Position numbers and translations under genes: made by a program
Part shown: in pieces, positions 20,403 to 27,914 of the stretch
How the letters are laid out: the number at the start of each line of letters is the position of its first letter
Numbering within the stretch: position 1 is the stretch's first letter
The notes under the pieces: model-generated
Database searches by the model: none
Seen by the model: the letters and a program-made list of their open reading frames with translations, nothing else
Told to the model about the DNA's origin: nothing
From: Thermoplasmatota archaeon
Lineage (GTDB): Archaea; Thermoplasmatota; Penumbrarchaeia; Penumbrarchaeales; Penumbrarchaeaceae
Direction of reading: 5' to 3'
NCBI GenBank assembly: GCA_029762535.1
Contig: JARVGK010000023.1
Span: 1-46,747, forward strand
DNA: 46,747 nt

Positions 20403-21465
20403 CGGACATCGCCTCCATGAACCGGTCGAAGAAACGCAGCGAATCCGTCGGACCCGGGCGCGCCTCCGGATGGAATTGAAGCGCGAAGGCGTCCCCCCTC
20501 TCGTTCCTTATGCCCTCGATCGTCCCGTCGTTCAGGTTCCTGTACCATACGCTCCATCCCTCGGGCATACTACCCTCATCCACGGCATAGCCGTGGTTCT
20601 GGCTGGTGATGACGCACTGCCGCGAGGAGGTCTCCATACAGGGTTGGTTCTGGGACCTGTGCCCGAATTTGAGCTTGTATGTCCTCGCTCCCGCGGCGAG
20701 GGCCATGATCTGGCAGCCGAGGCATATCCCCGCAACGGGGACCTCCGCATCGAGCAGCATCTTTACGTTATCGATCGTATCTTTCAGGAGGGAGGGGTCC
20801 CCCGGACCGTTGGATATCATAACTCCGTCGTAACCCTGGCCTGTAGGCATCACGTTGTAGGGGGTGAGGTGCACCCTGCAGCCTCTATCCAGAAGCTCCT
20901 TGATGATCCCCCTCTTGCATCCGCAGTCGATGACGAGCACTTCCGGGCCGTGGTTTCCCTTTCCCAGTTCGCAGGGCGCCTTGATCGAGACCTCGCCCAC
21001 GAGGTCAATAGCGTTCGGGTCGGATACGCGGAATTCGGAGTCGAGATCCTCCTTGATCACGATCCTCCCCAGCATGGTCCCTCTACTGCGAAGGTGTTTG
21101 GTGAGCTCCCTGGTATCGACGCCAGATATTCCGGTGACCCCCTCGCCCTTCATGAGAGCCTCAAGTGAGCCGTGGGCCTCGTGATGGCTGTGATCGCCCA
21201 TCATCCGCCCGGTCACGATCCCCCTGACCTGTATGCGGTCCGATTCGAAATTCTCCGTTTTGCTCGGGACCCCGTAATTCCCTATCAAGGGGTAGGTGAA
21301 GGCGAGTATCTGTCCTTTATATGAGGGGTCCGTCATGGATTCGGGATACCCGACCATGCCCGTATTGAAAACCACCTCTCCGTCGGATCCCTCTTTGGAG
21401 CCTGTGAGTACCCCCGGGAACTTAGTTCCGTCGTCGAGTTCGATGTAACCATCATATCCGCGGAT
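20395..21465 (-). CDS. carA: Carbamoyl-phosphate synthase small (glutaminase) subunit; true start unresolved
   Basis: GEVVFNTGMVGYPESMTDPSY, SNGPGDP, GICLG (catalytic Cys), FGHRSQNQP, TSQNHGYAV, QFHPE. The frame continues upstream of GTG 21375 through GYIELDDGTKFPG to TAG at 21520-21522 with no ATG/GTG/TTG; the 21465 boundary (ATC) is provisional. Confidence 0.9.
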   Translation of the reverse strand: MRGYDGYIELDDGTKFPGVLTGSKEGSDGEVVFNTGMVGYPESMTDPSYKGQILAFTYPLIGNYGVPSKTENFESDRIQVRGIVTGRMMGDHSHHEAHGSLEALMKGEGVTGISGVDTRELTKHLRSRGTMLGRIVIKEDLDSEFRVSDPNAIDLVGEVSIKAPCELGKGNHGPEVLVIDCGCKRGIIKELLDRGCRVHLTPYNVMPTGQGYDGVMISNGPGDPSLLKDTIDNVKMLLDAEVPVAGICLGCQIMALAAGARTYKLKFGHRSQNQPCMETSSRQCVITSQNHGYAVDEGSMPEGWSVWYRNLNDGTIEGIRNERGDAFALQFHPEARPGPTDSLRFFDRFMEAMSDG

Positions 21466-21553
21466 CCGTAGCCCCCCTGAAGAACGATACGATATCTGTC
21501 GAGAAAAGTATGGGACCGCCTATATCCCTGTCGTATGGGAAAGGTACGGTCAT
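21452..21553 (-). other. 33-aa upstream ORF overlapping the carA 5' region (MTVPFPYDRDIGGPILFSTDIVSFFRGATDPRI*)
   Basis: ATG at 21553 preceded by CAGGT and, further upstream, TTTATCTA; TGA at 21452-21454; the carA frame is +1 relative to this ORF. Confidence 0.4.
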
Positions 21554-21607
21554 CGGGAACCTGCGAAATATCCCAAGATAGATAAACCCTTTGCAGGGTC
21601 CTGCGAA

Positions 21608-22003
21608 TCATCGATCCGAGCTGTCGTATATCCTCTGTACCTTCCAGTCCTCACCGAGCCAAAGCCCGATCACCCTTACATCCAGGCCCCATGAGAGTAT
21701 TGACTCGCACCCTGCAAGGACGCTGCGGTGATGCTCCTCGGCGGAACAGGGGTATCCGGCGCAGTCGTGGTGCCCCACCACGGCCACGACCTTCGAACCG
21801 TGCTTCTGGACCGAGATCCCAACCCTCTCCTTGATATGTTCGAGGTCGCCCCCTCCGCACATGCAGAGTATCCTGTCCGGGCCTGGATCGGTTATGGTAT
21901 CGACGTAATCCGCCCCGAACTCGGACCTCATGTATTCGTTCACCGGCAGCTGCACCCTGCCGTCCATGCAGTTGATGGCCGTTACGAACTTTCCTACGGA
22001 CAT
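21608..22003 (-). CDS. Small beta-class carbonic anhydrase-like protein
   Basis: Zn-ligand motifs CMDGR and HHDCAG. Confidence 0.8.
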   Translation of the reverse strand: MSVGKFVTAINCMDGRVQLPVNEYMRSEFGADYVDTITDPGPDRILCMCGGGDLEHIKERVGISVQKHGSKVVAVVGHHDCAGYPCSAEEHHRSVLAGCESILSWGLDVRVIGLWLGEDWKVQRIYDSSDR

Positions 22004-22058
22004 TGTGATCGCCGATGCCTTAACTCCGTTTCGGATATAATATCATCGATTCAAGGCA

Positions 22059-23231
22059 TCAGGCCTTGGAGATGCCCTTGAAGAGATCGATCAAGCCCTG
22101 TATGTGGTTCTCCATCACGAACCTATCCCTCTCGATCGTGGGCCTTTTGCCCCGAACGATCTCGGGAATGTCCTTCATGGACCTGTAGACCGCCCCGGTC
22201 CCTTCCTTTTCGATGAAATGCTTCATGGATATGGACATGGGCGCCAGGACAGGGAGACCGCATACCAGGTAGTCGAAGAACTTGTTGGGCAGCATGGTGT
22301 CGAAATGGTCCCTCTCCCTTTCCGGGGGGTCGAAAGGGACTATGCCCCAGTCATACCTGGTCAGCTCCCTCATCAGCTCATGATGGGGGATGCCCTCATG
22401 GAAATGCAAATGATCGGAGCGTTCGGCCAGACTCTTGTATTCGGAGATGACCTCGGGAGGGCCGATCCCGTAAACATGGATGTGGACCCTCTCTTTGGCG
22501 ATGCCCATGAAGACCTTCTTCAACGGGGCCCTGTAACCCGTGGAGGAGAGCACCCCCTCGTAAACGACATGAGGTTGTCCGTCCGACTCCGAAAGCTTTT
22601 CAAGAGGAGTCGCCATATCATCTCTGGATGCGTAATTGTATAGGATGAGATTGTTTTTTTCGGGGATCTCGTGCTTCGACCTGGCCAGGGCATAGGTATG
22701 GTCCGATACCCAGGTCCTTCCATCGCTTCTCTCGAGGGCCGCTCTCTCGATATCGAAAAGCCTCTTGTAGACGGTCCTGAGTCCCAAGGACCTCGCCAGG
22801 GTTCTGTTTCTCAAGGCAGGCGGCAGGTAGTTCTCAAGGACCAGGTCCTTTTGAAAAGCCGTCACCATGTCCCTTTCATCCAAGACGACAGGTATGTCGG
22901 AGTATTCCACCGCGGCGGCGCCCAGGATGTCCGGCATGTTATGGACAAGGATGAGATCGTATTCGCCGCTCTTGAGAAGGTCCAAGATGTACCTCCTGTA
23001 GGTAGAAGGGAAGAGCGTCCTTTTGAAATGCGAGAGCCTTCCTGCGGATCCGTATATCCTCTCCTTCGAATCGAGGAATCCGAGGTCCATCCCCTTTAGC
23101 GATCCTCCGAAGCCCAGATATCTAAGATCGATCCTGAAACCCCTCTCATGCAAAGCTTTGAGCTGACGATAGGCCCTCATGCAGAATGCGGGGTTCAGGC
23201 AGAGCAATCTCATCGTGGTCCGTGTGGACAT
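22059..23231 (-). CDS. Glycosyltransferase, GT-B fold (GT4-like)
   Basis: YDLILVHNMPD, PVVLDERD, VVYEG, DWGIVPF...MLPNKFFDYLVCGLPVL; start at 23231 or 23213 (the ORF-track extension to 23558 overlaps the opposite gene). Confidence 0.8.
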   Translation of the reverse strand: MSTRTTMRLLCLNPAFCMRAYRQLKALHERGFRIDLRYLGFGGSLKGMDLGFLDSKERIYGSAGRLSHFKRTLFPSTYRRYILDLLKSGEYDLILVHNMPDILGAAAVEYSDIPVVLDERDMVTAFQKDLVLENYLPPALRNRTLARSLGLRTVYKRLFDIERAALERSDGRTWVSDHTYALARSKHEIPEKNNLILYNYASRDDMATPLEKLSESDGQPHVVYEGVLSSTGYRAPLKKVFMGIAKERVHIHVYGIGPPEVISEYKSLAERSDHLHFHEGIPHHELMRELTRYDWGIVPFDPPERERDHFDTMLPNKFFDYLVCGLPVLAPMSISMKHFIEKEGTGAVYRSMKDIPEIVRGKRPTIERDRFVMENHIQGLIDLFKGISKA

Positions 23232-23358
23232 CCGTTCACTGATATTTAATATTGGAACCCTATGATCGCCTCTTGTGGTCATTGGCCAATTTGGGGAAAT
23301 GAATATATCCCATGGTAGTATGATAGCATCAATACGGGTTGTCAAAGGGTGATTATAA

Positions 23359-23922
23359 ATGGATCTCAGGAACGATGAACTTGTGGTATGGAAGGATCGG
23401 GCCCACATGATGGTGAAAGGGCCGGCGGCAACGGGTGACCTCATGATAACGAACAAGAGGATCGCCTTCGTCGCCAAAAGCGGGAGCACTTTTTTCCAAA
23501 GGAGCACGAGCTCCGACCTGTGGGACATCGCCATAGAGAGGGTCATGGATATCGACATGCAGGAGATGTCCGGCCTCGACCATCCTGTAATTAGGATACG
23601 CTACAACGAGGATGAGATGTTCTTCACCCTGCCCGACAGCTCGCCTAGATCGTCCCTTGCCGCCATGCGTTTGTTCGTGAACTCGGCGAGGAGGATAGAG
23701 GGTGAGCTGGACATCATAAGAGGAGTATCGAGGTCTTTGAAGGAGGACACGCTTGTGACCGGAGACAGGCTACCGGCTCTGATCAAGGGAGTCCCCCAGC
23801 CGGCGGACCAGGTATGCTTCCAGTGCGGAAAGAACCTGGATGAGCCAGGCGGGGTCCAGGATCTCGACGACACCTCCTCCTGCACCGTTTGCGATCCGGA
23901 AATGGCCAAACATGAGCACTGA
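23359..23922 (+). CDS. Hypothetical protein: PH/GRAM-like N-terminal domain plus C-terminal Zn-finger
   Basis: GDLMITNKRIAF ... WDIAIERVMDI pattern; CFQC...CTVC. Confidence 0.55.
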   Translation: MDLRNDELVVWKDRAHMMVKGPAATGDLMITNKRIAFVAKSGSTFFQRSTSSDLWDIAIERVMDIDMQEMSGLDHPVIRIRYNEDEMFFTLPDSSPRSSLAAMRLFVNSARRIEGELDIIRGVSRSLKEDTLVTGDRLPALIKGVPQPADQVCFQCGKNLDEPGGVQDLDDTSSCTVCDPEMAKHEH

Positions 23923-24010
23923 GGACCCGTTCATCCTATCGATACGGGCGAGACCTTGTTCGGGAGGGATACCTCGAAGGGGATCCTCCAGGTTCTGATC
24001 TTATCCTCTA

Positions 24011-24856
24011 TCACTCTTCGTTGCCAGAAGATGATCCCTCCTCGGGGATCCCGAGGTCGCCGAGCAGGCCCTTTGGATATCCATCCTCCGATGGTCCCGC
24101 CTCGTAGTAAGCCTCGCCTCTGGATCCCTCCTCCTGAGGCCTCTCATCCTCTGGTCCGTCATCAGGATCACGAAGCTCTCTGGCGGGGGAACTCCGGTCC
24201 TCTTCTCTCGGGTATGATGAGCCATTCTTCTTCTCCGAGGATGACTTCCTCACAGCGATGATGATAACCACCAGTATGAGAACGCCTCCTATCAGGAAGA
24301 GCATGAACATGCACAGCGCTGATGAGGCATCCTTGCTCATAACGGGTCCAAAAGCCATGTTATCTTCAGATTCCCTCCCGCCGGGTCCCGTCTTGTAATC
24401 GGCGGTGATCCCTACTGCTGTAAGATCTATGGTCCCGTAAACTCGGATGTCGAACCTCCCGTCCCTGAATATCAGGATCTCTACCCTGTAAATGTCCCGG
24501 TTCGGGATCCTCACCCTCAGCTTGCCCTCGGCCGAGGTCTTTTTCGGTATGTTGGAGAGCGTGTCCTGGGCTTCGTCCATCGCGAGATTGCTTCGCGTCT
24601 CAATAGTAAAGGCGCGGATCTTCAGCGTGTCGATCTCCTTGTCCCCGATGTTGGAGATGAATATCATGATCTCGATCTCGGAGCTTTCCTCTCCCTCCTC
24701 CACGAGCCCGAAATAGACGTCCTCCACCTTCAGATCCGGTTCCCCCTCCTTATGGAAAAGGACGTATCCGAGGAGGCCTGAACCGACGAGCAGAAAGACG
24801 GCCAGAGCGTAGATCCCGGCATCCAATGCCTTGAACCCCTTCCTCATTGGGACCAC
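24011..24856 (-). CDS. Membrane-anchored Ig-like protein (DUF7490-like) with two TM helices
   Basis: N-terminal TM, L.VEDVYF, FISNIG, NLAMDE, YRVEILIF.DG, second TM, acidic tail; paralog of 24844..25488. Confidence 0.55.
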   Translation of the reverse strand: MVPMRKGFKALDAGIYALAVFLLVGSGLLGYVLFHKEGEPDLKVEDVYFGLVEEGEESSEIEIMIFISNIGDKEIDTLKIRAFTIETRSNLAMDEAQDTLSNIPKKTSAEGKLRVRIPNRDIYRVEILIFRDGRFDIRVYGTIDLTAVGITADYKTGPGGRESEDNMAFGPVMSKDASSALCMFMLFLIGGVLILVVIIIAVRKSSSEKKNGSSYPREEDRSSPARELRDPDDGPEDERPQEEGSRGEAYYEAGPSEDGYPKGLLGDLGIPEEGSSSGNEE

Positions 24857-25488
24857 CTCCTCCTCCTTGCGGCCGCGAAAATTGCCGCCGTGATGAAGAC
24901 CGCCGTGATGAGAAGGGCGATCCCGGGGAACGGGAGGGCGCCCTCATCCTTGGGAACAGCTGCGCTGTCGCCGTCGGTCGTCTGGTAATCCTTTCCCCCT
25001 GCGCCCTGATGGGCCAGGTTCACGTAGCCCAGGCCCTTGACGCTTATGAGGCCGTCCTTGAACACTATGAGATCGATCCTGTAGGTGACGTTCTTCTCGA
25101 ACTCCATCTCGGCGGAGAATTCCACGGTCTTCCCTGCGGGGACCGTGCCTATGCTGAGCTCGATGTCGTCCACGGCCAGATTGGTCTTCTTATCGATCCC
25201 GAAGCCTCTGAGCTTTGATACACAGTCCTTCTCACCCTTGTTGGTGATGAAAGCGGTTACGCTCAGTCGGTATTCCCCGTTCTCCGATGGCAGTAGGACG
25301 AAGTAAACCTCCTCGACCTCGAGGAAGGCATCGGTCTTCTGATGCTTTTTGATCACGTCGCGGTAGATGATGGCGGCTCCGAAGAGGCCAACTATCAAAA
25401 GTAGCGTGATCACTATCACGATCCCGAGGATCCGGTGCAAAGGCATCTTTTCGTCTTTCATGTTATCACATCGTAAAAATAATACCAA
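24844..25488 (-). CDS. Membrane-anchored Ig-like protein (DUF7490-like) with sorting-signal-like C-terminus
   Basis: LEVEEVYF, FITNKG, TNLAVDD, YRIDLIVFKDG; ends LPFPG-hydrophobic helix-RRRR; start may be 25461 (MKDE). Confidence 0.55.
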   Translation of the reverse strand: MVLFLRCDNMKDEKMPLHRILGIVIVITLLLIVGLFGAAIIYRDVIKKHQKTDAFLEVEEVYFVLLPSENGEYRLSVTAFITNKGEKDCVSKLRGFGIDKKTNLAVDDIELSIGTVPAGKTVEFSAEMEFEKNVTYRIDLIVFKDGLISVKGLGYVNLAHQGAGGKDYQTTDGDSAAVPKDEGALPFPGIALLITAVFITAAIFAAARRRRWSQ

Positions 25489-25529
25489 TGTCGGTACTTA
25501 AGTAGTTTGAAACAAACTTTTTACAAAAA

Positions 25530-25780
25530 ATGGATGATAAGAATCGAGTGGGCCGTTCCGGACCGATTAAAAATGCCAGATGGCATTTTCAAAGTCAATG
25601 TACTCACATCAATTGTTCGTAACGTCCCACTCTGCAAATAATGGATAATAAGGATCGAGTGGGCCGTTCCGGATCCGTAAAAATCCTTCGGATTTTCACT
25701 CTCAATGTACTCTCATTAATTATTCGGGTCGTCCCACTCTACAAATATTCATTAATGAAAATCGAGTGGGCCGTTCCGGA
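25530..25780 (-). repeat. tRNA-linked tandem repeat: two units (111 and 107 bp), each carrying a copy of the tRNA-Val 3' end
   Basis: ATCGAGTGGGCCGTTCCGGA (20 bp) at 25543, 25654 and 25761 (last copy overlaps the tRNA); units 25530-25640 and 25641-25747 align end to end. Confidence 0.9.
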
Positions 25781-25840
25781 TTTGAACCGGAGACCTCCGC
25801 CATGTCAAGGCGACGTCATAACCAGCTAGACCAACGGCCC
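25767..25840 (-). tRNA. tRNA-Val (anticodon GAC), no intron, CCA not encoded
   Basis: GGGCCGT-TG-GTCTAGCTGGTTATGAC-G-TCGCC-TTGACAT-GGCGG-AGGTC-TCCGG-TTCAAAT-CCGGA-ACGGCCC-A forms a complete cloverleaf. Confidence 0.97.
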
Positions 25841-25892
25841 ATGTACAAGACTGGATACCCCGATCGGGGGAATATCGACAACATGCAGAACG

Positions 25893-25900
25893 ATATAAAA
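25893..25900 (-). promoter_or_regulatory. Putative TATA box of tRNA-Val
   Basis: TTTTATAT on the minus strand, ~50 nt upstream of the mature 5' end. Confidence 0.5.
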
Positions 25901-25913
25901 CTTGTCCCCGCCC

Positions 25914-27044
25914 TCATATGAGGTTTACTTCGACTATACGAAAAGACGAGGCGAACCTGATGTGGTTCATATCGGCCCCGATCGCCGGGCCGTTGTCCGC
26001 AACGCTCACGGTGATATTGTACCTGCCGACCTTGGTATAGGTATGCTTGAGGTTGATCGTTGCCGGATTCGTGGTCAGTTCGTATTCGTAGATCTCATCG
26101 TCATCGTCCCAGTTGATCATCAGCGAGGTCAATCCACCGTTGGAATCCGGATCCAACGCCCTGCACGTCACCTCCATCTCCTGGTTCACACGTATCCTGG
26201 AGGTAACGACGTTGAACTGGGTGATGACCGGGGGCCTGTTTATGAACCTGGTCGCATCCCCGCCTTCGGGATAGATGGTCCTGTATTGTGAATCCGCCTT
26301 AACGTGCTGGTTCACCATGCTGGCGCTGGCTCCATACCACCCCATGATGCCGCTCGTTATCCTGAATATCTCGGAATAGTTGCCATCGTTGAGGTCGCGC
26401 TCCTCGTGCATGTATCGGGAGATCCCCAATTCCTCCCCGTTAGGGTCCGTTATCAGGACGCTCATCTGATATGCCTTGTGGAACCTCTCTATGTTGAAAC
26501 CCTTGCCGATGCTCTCGCCCAACGAGAATAGAGGTGTGACGACGACGAACGCGGCATACTCGCCGGTAAGCGGATCGGTCATCTCCTGTATGGTCATGTT
26601 CAATGATGTCGGCACGAAAGCGGCTATGTAATCGCTCTTGTCAGAGGCATCCCCGACACTCGCCTCTATCTCGTAGAGACCGTTCCCGACGACGAAGGAA
26701 TCGTATTTTATATCGACGTATGTCTGCTCGTTCTTGACGTTCTTATCAGCGCTGTGAACGACCTGCCCTTCATGTCTTATGGTGATCCTCGCCGACTCGT
26801 CGAGTCCGCGGAATCCGTCCTTTACGCTGACAAGGGTGAACCTTATGGAATCGTATCCACCGTCACCGTTCGTGTCCACATCCTCCGGGTTGATCACCGA
26901 TACCACTTTCACGTCAGGGCTCCAGAATAGGAAGAACATGAAGCTTGACAGAAGGATAAGTGCTACCACTATGGCTATGATCGGTCCCAGGCTAAGCCCT
27001 CTGGGAGGCTGCATCTCCTGGACCTCGACGGCATCGACTGTCAT
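25914..27044 (-). CDS. N-terminally anchored PKD-domain surface protein
   Basis: TM IIAIVVALILLSSFMFFLFW; DTNGDGGYD Ca-type motif; NRPPVI...A.DPD...INWDD...HTY...G.YNITVSVADN. Confidence 0.65.
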   Translation of the reverse strand: MTVDAVEVQEMQPPRGLSLGPIIAIVVALILLSSFMFFLFWSPDVKVVSVINPEDVDTNGDGGYDSIRFTLVSVKDGFRGLDESARITIRHEGQVVHSADKNVKNEQTYVDIKYDSFVVGNGLYEIEASVGDASDKSDYIAAFVPTSLNMTIQEMTDPLTGEYAAFVVVTPLFSLGESIGKGFNIERFHKAYQMSVLITDPNGEELGISRYMHEERDLNDGNYSEIFRITSGIMGWYGASASMVNQHVKADSQYRTIYPEGGDATRFINRPPVITQFNVVTSRIRVNQEMEVTCRALDPDSNGGLTSLMINWDDDDEIYEYELTTNPATINLKHTYTKVGRYNITVSVADNGPAIGADMNHIRFASSFRIVEVNLI

Positions 27045-27116
27045 CGTATCACCGAATACGGGATATATTATCTAATGTTCTGAACCATTATAGCCTTGGT
27101 ATATAAAACTTGAGAA

Positions 27117-27914
27117 TCATACGCTTCTCCTAATCAGAGCGAGTATGCCAAGCGGCAGGAGCAGAACGAGACCTGCGGCCGCTTTGCCGTATATGGTTCC
27201 AAGCTCGTAAACGCTACCCACGTCCGAAGGGAACAGGAACGGTGCCACTGCCAAAACGCTCGAGAATGCCGAGAAGACCAGCAGGAAGAGCACGTTCCTC
27301 GTCACGATGGAGGATGGCATTATGCAGTCCTCGAGCTCCTTGCACCGTCTCATCAATCCCATCGCCTCCACGAACAGGACAAGGCCCCAAACCGTTATCA
27401 TCGAGGGTATTACGCCCTGGTCGAGAAGCAGGTTGTACCTCGCCTCGGAATAGATCATGCTCACTAGCGGTATTAGCATCATGCTCCCTATCGTCACGCT
27501 CATGCCAGCCTTCGAACCAGATATCAACGCATAACCGCCGAAGATCCCGGGCAGCATCGCCACTATGGAGTAGAATGTCGAGAACCAAAGCCCCAGCACC
27601 CTGTCGTTCTGGATACGATCGCCTATGCCTCCCTCAGATGCCGTGAGAGCCGAGATGAAGCCGATGACCATCCAGATCAGATACGCGATGGCGATGCTGT
27701 TCAGTACCCGTGTGAACTTCTTGCGGAGCCTGTCCACGGCTATATTGGAGACCATTCCAATGGCCAGACCCAGAAGGACGAACAGCGGGAAAGGTATTCG
27801 GCCCAAGCCAACCCCCTCCCCGATCTCGGATATCTGGGGGAACATGAGGTATATACCGATCGAGGAGATCATGATCCCGGCAGCAGCCGAGCCTCTTGTG
27901 ATCCCATCGTTCAT
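27117..27914 (-). CDS. Multi-pass membrane protein, last gene of the DUF58 operon
   Basis: ~8 hydrophobic segments; ATG at 27914 overlaps the DUF58 stop (ATGA). Confidence 0.65.
   Translation of the reverse strand: MNDGITRGSAAAGIMISSIGIYLMFPQISEIGEGVGLGRIPFPLFVLLGLAIGMVSNIAVDRLRKKFTRVLNSIAIAYLIWMVIGFISALTASEGGIGDRIQNDRVLGLWFSTFYSIVAMLPGIFGGYALISGSKAGMSVTIGSMMLIPLVSMIYSEARYNLLLDQGVIPSMITVWGLVLFVEAMGLMRRCKELEDCIMPSSIVTRNVLFLLVFSAFSSVLAVAPFLFPSDVGSVYELGTIYGKAAAGLVLLLPLGILALIRRSV

Noticed and set aside
21333-21611. 92-aa minus-strand ORF as an independent gene
   Set aside because: No recognisable features and overlaps conserved carA codons in another frame; relevant only because its ATG-ATG (21455/21452) could be the carA start if one base is missing.
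23232-23558. N-terminal extension of the 499-aa glycosyltransferase ORF
   Set aside because: Overlaps the divergent gene at 23359 and an AT-rich promoter region; GT similarity starts at MRLLCLNP.
25543-25780. Three identical 20-bp repeats as a CRISPR array
   Set aside because: The intervening ~90-bp segments are homologous to each other rather than unique spacers, the repeat is the tRNA 3' end, and no cas genes are present.
25530-25780. attL/attR of a prophage or genomic island
   Set aside because: Direct repeats are only ~110 bp apart with no integrase or cargo; I saw no further copy elsewhere in the window, though one outside it cannot be excluded.
25641-25829. 62-aa ORF (+)
   Set aside because: Runs across the repeat unit and antisense through the tRNA; spurious.
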